The notes under the pieces were generated by a model. That model had not been told where the DNA came from. It did not search any database and saw nothing but the letters and a program-made list of their open reading frames with translations. DNA of 42,888 bases from assembly GCA_001275005.1 (NCBI GenBank), contig JWZX01002747.1, forward strand, positions 1 through 42,888, written 5' to 3'. This stretch comes from Chrysochromulina tobinii. Lineage: Eukaryota. A program made the position numbers and the translations under genes. Positions 10,671 through 20,730 of the stretch are shown one piece after another. The stretch's first letter is position 1. Every line of letters starts with the position of its first letter.

Positions 10671-13600
10671 TCACGACCAGAGCTCCTGCATCAGACGCCC
10701 CTGCTCCTGCATACGCTTCACATAGTCCGCGGCTGCAGCGGCGCTCATCCGCCCATGCGTCGCGATCGCCTCGGTGAGCGCACCAACCACATCACGACCC
10801 ATGGAAGTACCGCCGCAGATGTAAAAGTGCGCGTGGCGCTCGAGCAGACCCCACAGCTCGGCACCGTCCTCCTTGACACGATGCTGCACGTACACCTTCT
10901 TCTCTTGCGCGCGCGAGAAGGCGACGCGGAGGCTCGTGAGTGTGCCCTTGCTCAGATGCCCTTGGAGCTCCTCCTCGTACAGGTAGTCCTCATCTGGGCG
11001 CCGGCAGCCAAAGCAGAGGCAGTTAGAGGCAAGTAGAGGCAAGTAGAGGCAAGTACAGGCAATTAGAGGCAAGTACAGGCAAGTACAGGCAATTAGAGGC
11101 AAGTACAGGCAATTAGAGGCAAGTACAGGCAATTAGAGGCAATTAGAGGCAAGTACAGGCAATTAGAGGCAATTAGAGGCAATTGGAGGCAATTGGAGGC
11201 AATTAGACGTACCTGGGCGCCGGCAGCCAAAGTAGAGTCGCACGGGCCCCGTGCGCACCGGTGCGCCCGATGCGCCGAGCTGCCGAAGGAACGCTCGGAA
11301 CGGCGCGATGCCCGTGCCCGGGCCGACCATGATGATGGGCGCGTCGGGCGATGCAGGCAATTCGAAGCCCGACGGTCGTACGAAGACGCACGCGGAGGCG
11401 CCTGGCGCGAGCACGGCGAGCTGCGTCGAGCATACGCCCTCCTTGGTGCGTCCCTCGGCTCCGCGCATCGGCTCGCGCAGCACCTTGACGGTCAGGTGCA
11501 CCCGGTTCGGGTCCGAGACGGGCGAGGACGAGATCGTGTAGTAGCGCGGCGTGAGCTTCGGCGCGAGCTCGAGCAGACTCGCCCACGACGGCGCGCACGA
11601 CTGGAACTCGCGCAGCAGTTCTGCGAGCCCTCGCCCGTCGCGATGCACCCAGTCGTGGTACGCCTGCTTGCCCGCCGGCGACGCGAGATGGCACAGCCTC
11701 GCCGCCTCAGCCGAGTCAGAGCACGCCTCGGACATGAAGAGCAGCGCCGACTTGCTCGGCGGAGCGCGCAGGTCCGCGTGAAACCGAAGCGCTTGCTCGA
11801 CCGTGCACGGCGTGGGCAGCGGCGGTGGCACGTGGCTTCCCGCGGCCGGCTTGGCCACGAGCACGAAGCACGCGCTGAGGGAGAGGCCAAGGCGCGTCGC
11901 CACCTGCGTCGCGAAGGCGGCACGCGAGAGCGCTGTGATGAGCACTTGCATGCAAGGCAGGTCATCATCAGTGGCAATCCACGTACCAAGAGCGTTGTGG
12001 TGGGCACTTGCATGCAAGGCAGGTCATCATCAGTGGCAATCCACGTACCAAGAGCGTTGTGGTGGGCACTTGCATGCAAGGCAGGTCATCATCAGTGGCA
12101 ATCCACGTACCAAGAGCGTTGTGGTGGGCACTTGCATGCAAGGCAGGTCATCATCAGTGGCAATCCACGTACCAAGAGCGTTGTGGTGGGCACTTGCATG
12201 CAAGGCAGGTCATCATCAGTGGCAATCCACGTACCAAGAGCGTTGTGGTGGGCACTTGCATGCACGGCAGGTCATCATCAGTGGCAATCCACGTACCTGT
12301 GTCGCGAGCGCGACGCCGTTGTCGGGACACACAGCGAGGTCGTCGGCCATCTTGTACGCAGCACTGCCAACGCCCATCGCGCCCGTCTCCAACTCGAGAT
12401 GACGCACCGAGCCGCACTCGGGCTTGGCAGCCAGCTCACGGTTGACCGCGACGGTGCACTCGCACAGCGTGTGCTTCGGCTGCGTGCGCGCGAGGAACTG
12501 GAGCGTCGTCGGCGCCGCCTCGGCCGTCGCGAGCCACTCAACGTCAAAATTGGGCGCGGGCGCCCGGGACAGCGCGGGAGGAGCGGCTCCGCCCGCTCCG
12601 CCCGCGACGGCGCCCGCCGTACTGGGCAGTAGGGCTGCCCAGAGCGTTTCGCGCCACTTCTCGAAGTCGCCCTCGAGGTCATCGTCGTCGTCGCCGAGCC
12701 CCAGAGGGCAGATGCGCATGCCGCCGAGGGCCGCCACCTTGGCGTCGACCCACTTGCCCATCGCACAAAAGTGCTGGTACTGCTTGTTGCCGAGCGCAAA
12801 GGCGCCAAAGCGGACCGCCTTCAGGTTGGTCCCCATCTGCTCGTTCTCGATGTATTTATAAAACGCGACGGCATTGTCGGTCGGCTCTCCCTCGCCGTGC
12901 GTCGCCATCAGGAAGATGACCGGTGCCTCGTCCTCCTCAGCCAGCTGCGCCGCGTTGTACTCTTCGAGGTCGATCGAGCGCGCGTCGAAGCCCCGTTGAC
13001 GCGCCTCGTCGCGCAGGATCTTGCCGAAGCTCTCGGCGGTGCCCGTCTGACTTCCCCACAGGATGAGCATCGGCCCGTTGGGGTACGCCGCGTTGGTGAC
13101 GGACTTGACGAGCGACACGCCGCCGCCCGACGATGCGACCGGTGGGGGGGCACCGCCCGCGGCCGCGGCCAGCGCGGCCGCCTTGGCCGCTGTGGCCGTG
13201 GCCGCGTACTTGGCCGCGCGCTCGGCCATGTCGGTGGCCGTGAGGAACTTTTTGCGCTTGTAGCGCATCATGATCGGCGCATCGGGGCCGACCACCATGT
13301 CGTTGTACGCGGGTTTGGGCAGCGGCGTCACCATCTCGAGCTCGAAATCTCGGAGCAAGATCGACCAGATCGTCGAGACCTGCAGGTAGCCGAAGCGCCG
13401 TCCCGAGCACATGTGCGCGCCGCCGCCGAAGGAGAGCATGAAGCCCTGTGGGGAGGTGGGGGCGCCCTAGTGAGCGCTTGCATGCTGGGGCCAGATCGGC
13501 CAGGTGGGGGCGCCGTAGTGAGCACTTGCATGCTGGGACCAGATCGGCCAGGTGGGGGCGCCGTAGTGAGCGCTTGCATGCTGGGGCCAGATCGGCCATC

Positions 13601-16600
13601 TTCGCACGCACCTGCATCAGACCGTGCCCGACGGTGCGCGAGTCAAACATGAGCTCATTCTCAGCGCCTGTCAGATAACGCTCCGGACGAAACTCGGTGG
13701 CATCGGGCCAGTAGCGCGGGTCCAAGTTGGACGCCGGCGCACAGAGCCCGACCACGTCGCCCTTGGGGATCGTATGCTCGCCTACCTTGAAGCCGTCCAC
13801 CATCACCTGGCGCATGCGCAAGAGGAGAGGCGAGGAGAGGCCATCAGAGGTGATCGAGGGTCCATCAGAGCCGATCGAGGGTCCATCAGAGGCAATCGAG
13901 AGTCCATCGTAGGCGAATCAAGGGGCCATCAGAGGCCCATCAAGGGCACTCACCTGGCGCATGAGCAAGATGAGAGGCGTCCAAATGAGGGAGGCAATCA
14001 GCATGCAATCCGAGATGGCACTCACCTGGCGCATGAGCAAGATCAGAGGCGTCCAAATGAGGGAGGCAATCAGCATGCAATCCGAGATGGCGCTCACCTG
14101 GCGCATGAGCAGGATCAGAGGCGGGTAGAGCCGCAATGTCTCGGTGATTGCCCGGCGCATCGCGTCCATCTCGAGCAGGTTCGCATAGTTGAGCGACGAC
14201 GCATCGGGCACGAGCCGCTCCTGCTCGGCACGCACCTCCGCCATAGCTTTCGGATTCGAAAGCAGCAGCGCGCCGAGCCACGTGCTCGTGATGGAGCTGG
14301 TGTGCTGTCCCGCGAAGAGAAGCACGATCAGCTGGCCGGTCACCTGATGCGCGAGGCCACTCGTGCTCAGGCGCGCTCAGGCGCACTCAGGTGCGCTTAG
14401 GCGCACTCAAGCACACTCAGGCGCGCTCCAGGGCAGGGCAGCACGGCGACCAGATGAGCACACCTCTGCATCGGTGAACCCACGCCCCTCCTTGCCGTTG
14501 TTGTTGTAACGGAACTCGATGATCTTTTGGAGAAAGTCGCCGGAGCTGACCGCACCCGAGCGCCGGTTGGCGATGATCTTGGCAAAGATGTCCACCATCT
14601 CCTTGCGCGCCTCGTCGCGCTCCTTGTGCTTCTGCGTGGGCGCGCCCGGCCACAAGGTCGAGAGCGGGGTGAGGCCGCCGTCGAGCGAATGGTAGATGCG
14701 CGCAATCTCGGCCGAGAGATTCTCGCGGATCTCGGGGCCCATGAGGCACGACGAGGCGGTCATGATGATGAGCTCCGAGAAGACCTTCCGGATCTCGACT
14801 TCGCCCTCGTTGCCCCACTCGCGGAAGTACCTAAAGAGGGAAGCGAGGCCGTCAAAAGGTCATCGGAGCCAATCAAGGGTCCATCAGAGCCAATCAAGGG
14901 ACCATCAGAGGCAGTGCTTACTCCTCGGCCTCGTCGATCATCTTTGGCACCATCGCCTCGAGTCCCTTTGTGTTCATCGAGTGCACCAGCAGCTTCACCT
15001 GCGATGGAAGACGCCATCAAGCGAGGACATCAAGCGAGGACATCAAGCGAGGACATCAAGCGGCACTCCTCAGGCGGCACTCAAGAGGCACTCAAGAGGC
15101 GATCCAGAGGCACTCCAGGAGGCACTCAAGGAGGCACTCCATGAGGCACTCAAGGAGGCACTCCAGGGGCACTCACCTGCTGCTGGCGCTCCTCGAGAGG
15201 CGAGTCGTAGATGATGCCCTCACCGAAGACCGGGATCGTGAACCCGTAGACCGGGGCCTGGTCGAGCACCTCGTCCTTGGCCTTGATGAACTGCAGCTGG
15301 GGTCCCGCTCCAATCATAAAAGTGATACGCTGCGGCCCGACGCGGATGGTGAACATGGAGCGGTATTGGCTGCGCAGGTTGTCGATCATTCCCACAGGCC
15401 CCTTGACGAAATCGAGCAGGTGGCCGAGGAGAGGCACCCCCCCCGCGACCAGGGGCGGCGCTATCGGAGGCTGCGCGGGCAACTCCGTCGGGGGAGGCAG
15501 CAGCGCATACAACGCACCGAGCAAGCCGGCGGCGCCCGCGACGGCGCTCAGGTTCGTCAGGCCCACGGCGTCGGCGAAGAGGGCGACGGCGGCTGCCTCG
15601 AGGGGCACGACGAGACGAAGGGTGACCCCCGCGCGCTCGCGGACGGCAAGGAGGGCCGCATGCAATCCCTTCGCAGCCGCCTTGGGCGTGAACCCGAGCA
15701 CATCGTGAGCCTTCTGCGCCGTGTAGTACGAGTGGACTTGCGCATAGTGACGCCAAGAGGGATGGAAGTCTGCTGCCGCGCCGGAGGCGAGGGCCGCCAC
15801 GGCGCCGTAGAGCGCAGCGAGCAGCCCAAACACGCCCGCGACGACGCTCCCGAGCACCTTGGCAATCGGGGTGAGCGCCGTCCCGAGCACCTCGGCCGCT
15901 CCGCTGTTGAGCAGCACGCGTACGATGCGCACGAGGGAGGCCTCGACGAGGCGCCCCACCAGCTTCAACGGCGGGCCGACGAGCATCGCGACGGCCGCCA
16001 TGAAGAGAGCGATCACCGGCGCGACAAGGGGCGCGAGCGGCGAGGGCACACGCAGCACACACGCAAGGCAGCGGAGGAGATGGCTCACTTCCCACACCGA
16101 CGGGTCCGTCAGAACGATAATCTCGAACGCGGAGCTCGGCGCCGTCGCGAGCGCGGGCAGCAGCACGCCCGAGCCCGCTCCCGAGTTGGCCACCGCACCC
16201 GATTTGGAAGAGAGCGACGTGGGCAAGTTGGGCACGCTACCGGCCTTCGAGGCAAGCAGACGATCGGCGCCCAGGACGACGCCGTAAGCGGCATCTTCGG
16301 CATGCAGCAGGTTGGTCTGGGCGCGCTCGAAGCCGCACGCGAGGCCCGCGCCGCACGCGAGCAGCGCCGGCACGCCCGCCGGCAGCTGCGCCGCTGTCGG
16401 CGAGTAGACCCGATGCAGCCGCAGCACGATCGCGCCCAGCACGGCGCCCCGCCCAGCCTGGTGCCTCTCGAGCGCGGCCTCCGCATTCTTCAGGTCGAGC
16501 AGCCGGGCGGTGGGCGTCGGCGGCGGGCGCGGCTCCGGCGAGATCAGGGAGAGCCCCGGGTCGCTCAGCTCATCGCCGTCGCACACGTCGCCCAAGCAGT

Positions 16601-17105
16601 CATAGCCAACCAACGCGTCGGAGCACTGGATGATGGCTGGCACGCCGTGGGTCGCGCAGGCGCGGACGAAATAGCCCGTAGCCGCGGCCGCCTTGGACAC
16701 GGGCGCCTCGATGGCCAGGTCGATGCCCAGGTTCGCGCCACGGCACCCCTCCACCAGCTCGGCCGGCTTGGTCGCGCACCGCACCTCGCTGAAGCCGCGC
16801 TCGAGGAGGAGGCGGCGGATATGCTTGACGAGCGCTGACTCGGGGAGCGCCGATCCGGTGTGAATCAAGGCCACGCGGCCTCGGCAAGCGCCCGTGGACT
16901 CCACCGAGATCAGCGGCACCTCCTTTGCGGGCGCTTTCGGCTTGCGGCAGCGCACCCACGAAACAACGAGGCAGAGCAGCGCGAGGACAAGGCACCCAAT
17001 GGCCGCCTGCATGCACTGCTCAGTCGTCAAGTGGAGGCGGTCGTGGAGCGTCGCCGGCGGTGGTGGTGGTGGCGGCGGTGGCGGCGGGGGCCGGCGCCCG
17101 AACAT
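10671..17105 (-). CDS. CYP51: Fusion protein (~1658 aa): degenerate 3beta-HSD/NSDHL-like domain + sterol 14-alpha-demethylase CYP51 + NADPH-cytochrome P450 reductase. Exons 17105-15177, 14998-14922, 14830-14464, 14343-14098, 13806-13612, 13445-12297, 11903-11213, 10993-10671
   Basis: CYP51: YGFTIPVFGEG, LLFAGQHTSS, ETLR, FRPERY, FGGGAHMC. Reductase: WGSQTGTAE, ATHGEGEPTDNA, FALGNKQY, LGLGDDD, PRYYTISSS, GVCS, MVGPGTGIAPFR, YFGCR, AFSR, KVYVQH, YICG, C-terminal ELWS. All seven introns are GT-AG with consistent phases; exon total 4977 nt. Confidence 0.92.
11015..11206. repeat. Intronic 10-bp minisatellite (aattagaggc/aagtacaggc variants)
   Basis: Directly visible; fills the last intron of the CYP51 fusion gene. 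Confidence 0.9.
11942..12296. repeat. Intronic 62-bp tandem repeat, about 5.7 copies
   Basis: Units start at 11942, 12004, 12066, 12128, 12190 and 12252; near-identical, no spacers. Confidence 0.95.
13450..13598. repeat. Intronic ~48-bp tandem repeat x3
   Basis: aggtgggggcgccgtagtgagc(g/a)cttgcatgctggg..cagatcggcc occurs three times. Confidence 0.9.
13945..14125. repeat. 72-bp tandem triplication of an exon end plus splice donor
   Basis: Minus-strand CTCATGCGCCAG|GTGAG occurs with exon ends at 14098, 14026 and 13954. Confidence 0.9.
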
Positions 17106-17329
17106 GACCGGAAAAGAAAAGAGGCGTGCGTTCGCCGAGACGTGGAAAGATTTGGTGACCCGCCGGTGTCTCGTGGGTTCGCCCGCGCTATCTCGTCACT
17201 CAGATTATATTAAGAAAGGGGCAAATCTGAGGTCGGGTAGGAAAGCCCAATACCAGACCGGCTAGGTACAAAATGATCCTGCCTAATATGCAATCAATCA
17301 TCACGTGGCGCGCACAACCCACATCGAGG

Positions 17330-17770
17330 ACGTCCGAGCTCTCCCCTGCTCCCGCTGAACGTCCTCTGCCATCTGCTGGGTGACGCACGGAGCATTGCTG
17401 CCCTCGCTTGCTGCGATACAAAGCGAGTCGCCATGCTCGCCTCCGACAGCACACTCTGGTGCAGTCTTCTGAGGCGGCGACACGGTGAGCTGCTCGGAGA
17501 TGCTGACCCGTGCCAGACGCTGCTTCCCAGCGTCAGGACTGCCGAGAGAAAACTTGCTCCTCGCCGATGCAAAAGCCGATGCACTGGACGCAGCTCCTCC
17601 AAGCGTATGAGCGGGAGTGGCCGTTCACAAAGGCGGAGCCTGTGAACGGCGTGACATGGTCGGAGTGGCTCGCTTGGCGTTTGCGCTTCGGACCGAAGGC
17701 AATCGTTCTGGGGGCCTGCGCTCTCCCGGTGCTCCTTCGGCCAGTTTCACTGCCCTCGCCCTCAGCGTGA
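17330..17770 (+). pseudogene. Possible degraded F-box gene
   Basis: The frame of ORF 17433 reads LPLNVLCHLLGDARSIAALACCDTKRVAMLASDSTLWCSLLRRRHG (F-box-like). There is no in-frame ATG ahead of the F-box, and coding sense seems to shift to the 17510 frame. Confidence 0.35.
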
Positions 17771-18278
17771 CCGTGCGCATGCTTGCTGCTGGCTCACGAG
17801 CGCGGGACTTGGGCGTCCTGCTCGACAGGCCACGTTCGTCACGTGGACGAGCTGTCGGCCCTCCTCCTTGCCGCCAGGGCACGCCATTGCCTCTGTGTGG
17901 ATGTCGTCGGTGCTGGCGATCGCCGCGGCAGTGTGGGATGGAAGGTGTGACGATGTTACTGATAGTTGTACGCGAGAGACCGACAGACCGTACTGCGTAC
18001 CACAGCGTACTAAAGCGTACTCGGAGTCCACTCCAATGTCCCAATCGAATTGTCCACTTCTAGTGTGAAAATGCACGGGACTGGGAGTCCACACCTCGAG
18101 AATGTGCCTTACGCTAACGCGACACCCCGCCGGCATCACCGAGACAGTCACGCTCCCACATGTGCACACCCGCCATCACACCAACTGACCATCAAGTCCA
18201 GCGCCTTACTACCCTACTAAGTACTAACAGAACACGGCTTCACCAAAACAGGACATTATTTCTTCTGTGACGATGGTT

Positions 18279-18878
18279 TCAGTCGTCCCAGTCGTCCTGC
18301 AGCTGCTCGATCTCACGCTGCTGCAGGCGGAGCTGCTTCTGGAGCTTCCTGATCGTCTCCGCATCCTCACGGTCCGGCGCCGAGCCCCGGTCCGCCTGCT
18401 GCGACCTGAGGCCCTCGACCTTGGCACTCTGATCCGCGAGCTGGCGCTGCAACTCCGCAATCTTAGCCTGGTCGCGGCCGAGCTCCAGCTGCGTGCGCAG
18501 CTGCTGCTGAAGGTACGCCTGCCGCTCCTGCTCGCGTATCAGGGCCTCCACGAGTGACAGGCCCAGGTACGCGCCCGGCGAGATGCCATAGCCGTAGCCG
18601 TAGCCGTAGCCGCCGCCGTAGACGACCGCGGGCGGCGATATGTACACGTTGGTGGACCGATACGTTCGCGAAGGCGCCGACCTGTAAACGGGCGCGCGGC
18701 CGCCGACACGGCCACCTGACCTGCTGGCGGCGAAAGCCTCGTCGACGGGCGCCATCGTGAGCAGCGCGGCGAGCATGGCGGCGCCGAAGGCCTTGGCGGG
18801 CTGTGTCGGCGCGGTCAGTGCCCGCGGCGGCTGGATGGCAAACAAGGCTGTGATGCAAGGTGCTAGTCCATTAGCCAT
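18279..18878 (-). CDS. Probable plastid/thylakoid-targeted small protein (SGGRxGG motif, GY-rich stretch, coiled-coil tail)
   Basis: Hydrophobic segment ending in AFA (signal-peptidase-like), then SRSGGRVGGR, GGGYGYGYGYG and a Q/E/R-rich heptad tail. The start at MANG is inferred. Confidence 0.65.
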   Translation of the reverse strand: MANGLAPCITALFAIQPPRALTAPTQPAKAFGAAMLAALLTMAPVDEAFAASRSGGRVGGRAPVYRSAPSRTYRSTNVYISPPAVVYGGGYGYGYGYGISPGAYLGLSLVEALIREQERQAYLQQQLRTQLELGRDQAKIAELQRQLADQSAKVEGLRSQQADRGSAPDREDAETIRKLQKQLRLQQREIEQLQDDWDD

Positions 18879-19125
18879 GACCTCAACCCAAAAGCGGTCT
18901 TTGAAGAATCTTTCTTGATGAGTCGGCGGGCAGCGGCAGCGCCCAGTGCAAGCGCCAGAACGCACGCCGAAACTGAGGTGTTGCGGAATTGGAGTTGTAA
19001 CGTGCAACTTCCCGCGCGGGTACCCGTCTGGGCGAGGCAGGCGCGCGCGGCAGTGAGTGTCGGCTTCGCTTGGCTCGGCTGGCTTGGCTGGCTCTGCAAG
19101 ATCTCTCAGACTCGACGCTCCCACG

Positions 19126-20730
19126 ATGACCCAGCTGCGCCCTGATGACGTACGCCGCGTTGCCGAAGCAGCTGGGCTGCATGAAATTTACTGCAATCAA
19201 ACATCCTGCGTCATCTCATTCGCTCCCGACGAAGACGACTTCAGTGCTCTCTCGCGCATCAATGTTTACTACTCGACAGGAACAGTAGCCACATCCTTGG
19301 AAGACCCTCGTCAAGGAAAAACTCTGCTCTTCCGACGCGATGTCGACATACCTCTGTTACGCGAGCTCATGCGAGAACCCAGGCTCCACACGAGCAAGGG
19401 CGATCACCAACGTAACGTTCGACCCAGGCGTGAGCCATGTGTTGTCTGCCTTGACAAGCAATCTCATGTCACACTTGTATGTGGGCACACGGCTCTTTGC
19501 AACGGGTGTGCTGATCAACTCCCTCGTGGATTTGATGGCCTCGTCACTTGCCCGCTTTGCCGGGCCCGGTCAGGGCTTTCGATCATCAAGGGATCCCCGG
19601 GCAATGAAGAAGCCGAAGCCCTGGCCCAGGTGGCGGTGCTGCGGGCCCAGGCAGCTACGGCTGAGATCGCGGAGCAGATCGAGGCGGCGGAAGGTGTGAT
19701 AGTAGCTTGCCGCAAGCGTCGCGAGGACGAAATGCGTCGTGAGGCCGAGCAACAACGTGAGCGACGGGCTGATGAGCTGGCAGGGTACCGCGCGACGCTC
19801 GGCGATACGCACCCAGACACGCTCAAGTCAATCATCAGCCTGGGTGCGCTTCTGCAAGCTCAGGGCGATCTGGCAGCAGCGGAGCCGCTACTTCGCGAGG
19901 CGCTGGCAGGGCGCCGCGCGACGCTCGGCGATACGCACCCAGACACGCTCGAGTCGATCAACGACCTGGGCGTGCTGCTGCTAGATCAGGACGATCTGGC
20001 GGCAGCGGAGCCGCTGCTTCGCGAGGCAGTGGCAGGGTGCCGCGCGACGCTCGGTAACACGCACCAAGACACGCTCACGTCGATCAACGACCTGGGCGCA
20101 CTGCTGCGAGCTCAGGGCGATCTGGCGGCAGCGGAGCCGCTTCTTCGCGAGGTGGTGGCTGGGCGTCGCGCGACGCTTGGCGGAACGCACCCAGACACGC
20201 TCAAGACGATCAACGACCTGGGCGTGCTGCTGCAAGCTCAGGACGATATGGCTGCCGCGGAGCCGCTGCTTCGCGAGGCCGTGGCAGGGTATTGCGAGAC
20301 GCTTGGCGAGACGCACCCAGACACGCTCACGTCGATCAACAACCTGGGCGTGCTGCTGCAAGCTCAGGACGATCCGGCGGCAGCGGAGCCGCTGCTTCGC
20401 GATGCGCTGGCAGGGCGTCGCGCGACGCTTGGCGACACGCACCCAGACACGCTCGAGTCGATCAACAACCTGGGCGTGCTGCTGCTAGATCAAGACGATC
20501 TGGCGGCAGCGGAGCCGCTGCTTCGCGAGGCCGTGGCAGGGTGCCGCGCGACGCTCGGCGACACGCACCCACACACGCTCAAGTCGATCATGAGCCTGGG
20601 CGCGCTGCTGCGAGCTCAGGGCGATCTGGCAGCAGCGGAGCCGCTGCTTCGCGAGGCGCTGGCAGGGTATCGCGAGATCACCGACCTGGACTCGATGGAC
20701 GCTGCTGAAAGCGCAGATGGACAGCCGTAA
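19126..20730 (+). CDS. Unknown N-terminal domain + C3HC4 RING finger + seven 42-aa kinesin-light-chain-type TPR repeats
   Basis: RING CVVC..CGHTALCNGC..CPLCR. Repeats RATLGDTHPDTLxSINxLGxLL..QxDLAAAEPLLREA. Single ORF. Confidence 0.85.
   Translation: MTQLRPDDVRRVAEAAGLHEIYCNQTSCVISFAPDEDDFSALSRINVYYSTGTVATSLEDPRQGKTLLFRRDVDIPLLRELMREPRLHTSKGDHQRNVRPRREPCVVCLDKQSHVTLVCGHTALCNGCADQLPRGFDGLVTCPLCRARSGLSIIKGSPGNEEAEALAQVAVLRAQAATAEIAEQIEAAEGVIVACRKRREDEMRREAEQQRERRADELAGYRATLGDTHPDTLKSIISLGALLQAQGDLAAAEPLLREALAGRRATLGDTHPDTLESINDLGVLLLDQDDLAAAEPLLREAVAGCRATLGNTHQDTLTSINDLGALLRAQGDLAAAEPLLREVVAGRRATLGGTHPDTLKTINDLGVLLQAQDDMAAAEPLLREAVAGYCETLGETHPDTLTSINNLGVLLQAQDDPAAAEPLLRDALAGRRATLGDTHPDTLESINNLGVLLLDQDDLAAAEPLLREAVAGCRATLGDTHPHTLKSIMSLGALLRAQGDLAAAEPLLREALAGYREITDLDSMDAAESADGQP
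19780..20675 (+). repeat. 126-bp coding tandem repeat x7 (TPR units)
   Basis: High nucleotide identity between units is directly visible. Confidence 0.9.

Noticed and set aside
11942..12296. Regular repeat array that could be mistaken for CRISPR
   Set aside because: Head-to-tail identical 62-bp units with no unique spacers, inside a spliceosomal intron, and no cas genes nearby.
12216..13439. Reading the P450-reductase fusion as CYP102/CYP505 or nitric oxide synthase
   Set aside because: AGQHTS and YxFxxPVFG are CYP51 signatures (CYP102/505 have AGHETT), and no NOS oxygenase motifs are present.
13918..14097. Protein-level repeat PLILLMRQVSAISDCMLIASLIWT inside CYP51
   Set aside because: In-frame read-through of a triplicated donor; including it would disrupt the region after the K helix.
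14970..16838. Long + strand ORFs antisense to real genes (also 11193-12632, 40570-41940; 30033-31577 on the - strand)
   Set aside because: Shadow ORFs expected from high GC3; Arg-rich and without motifs.
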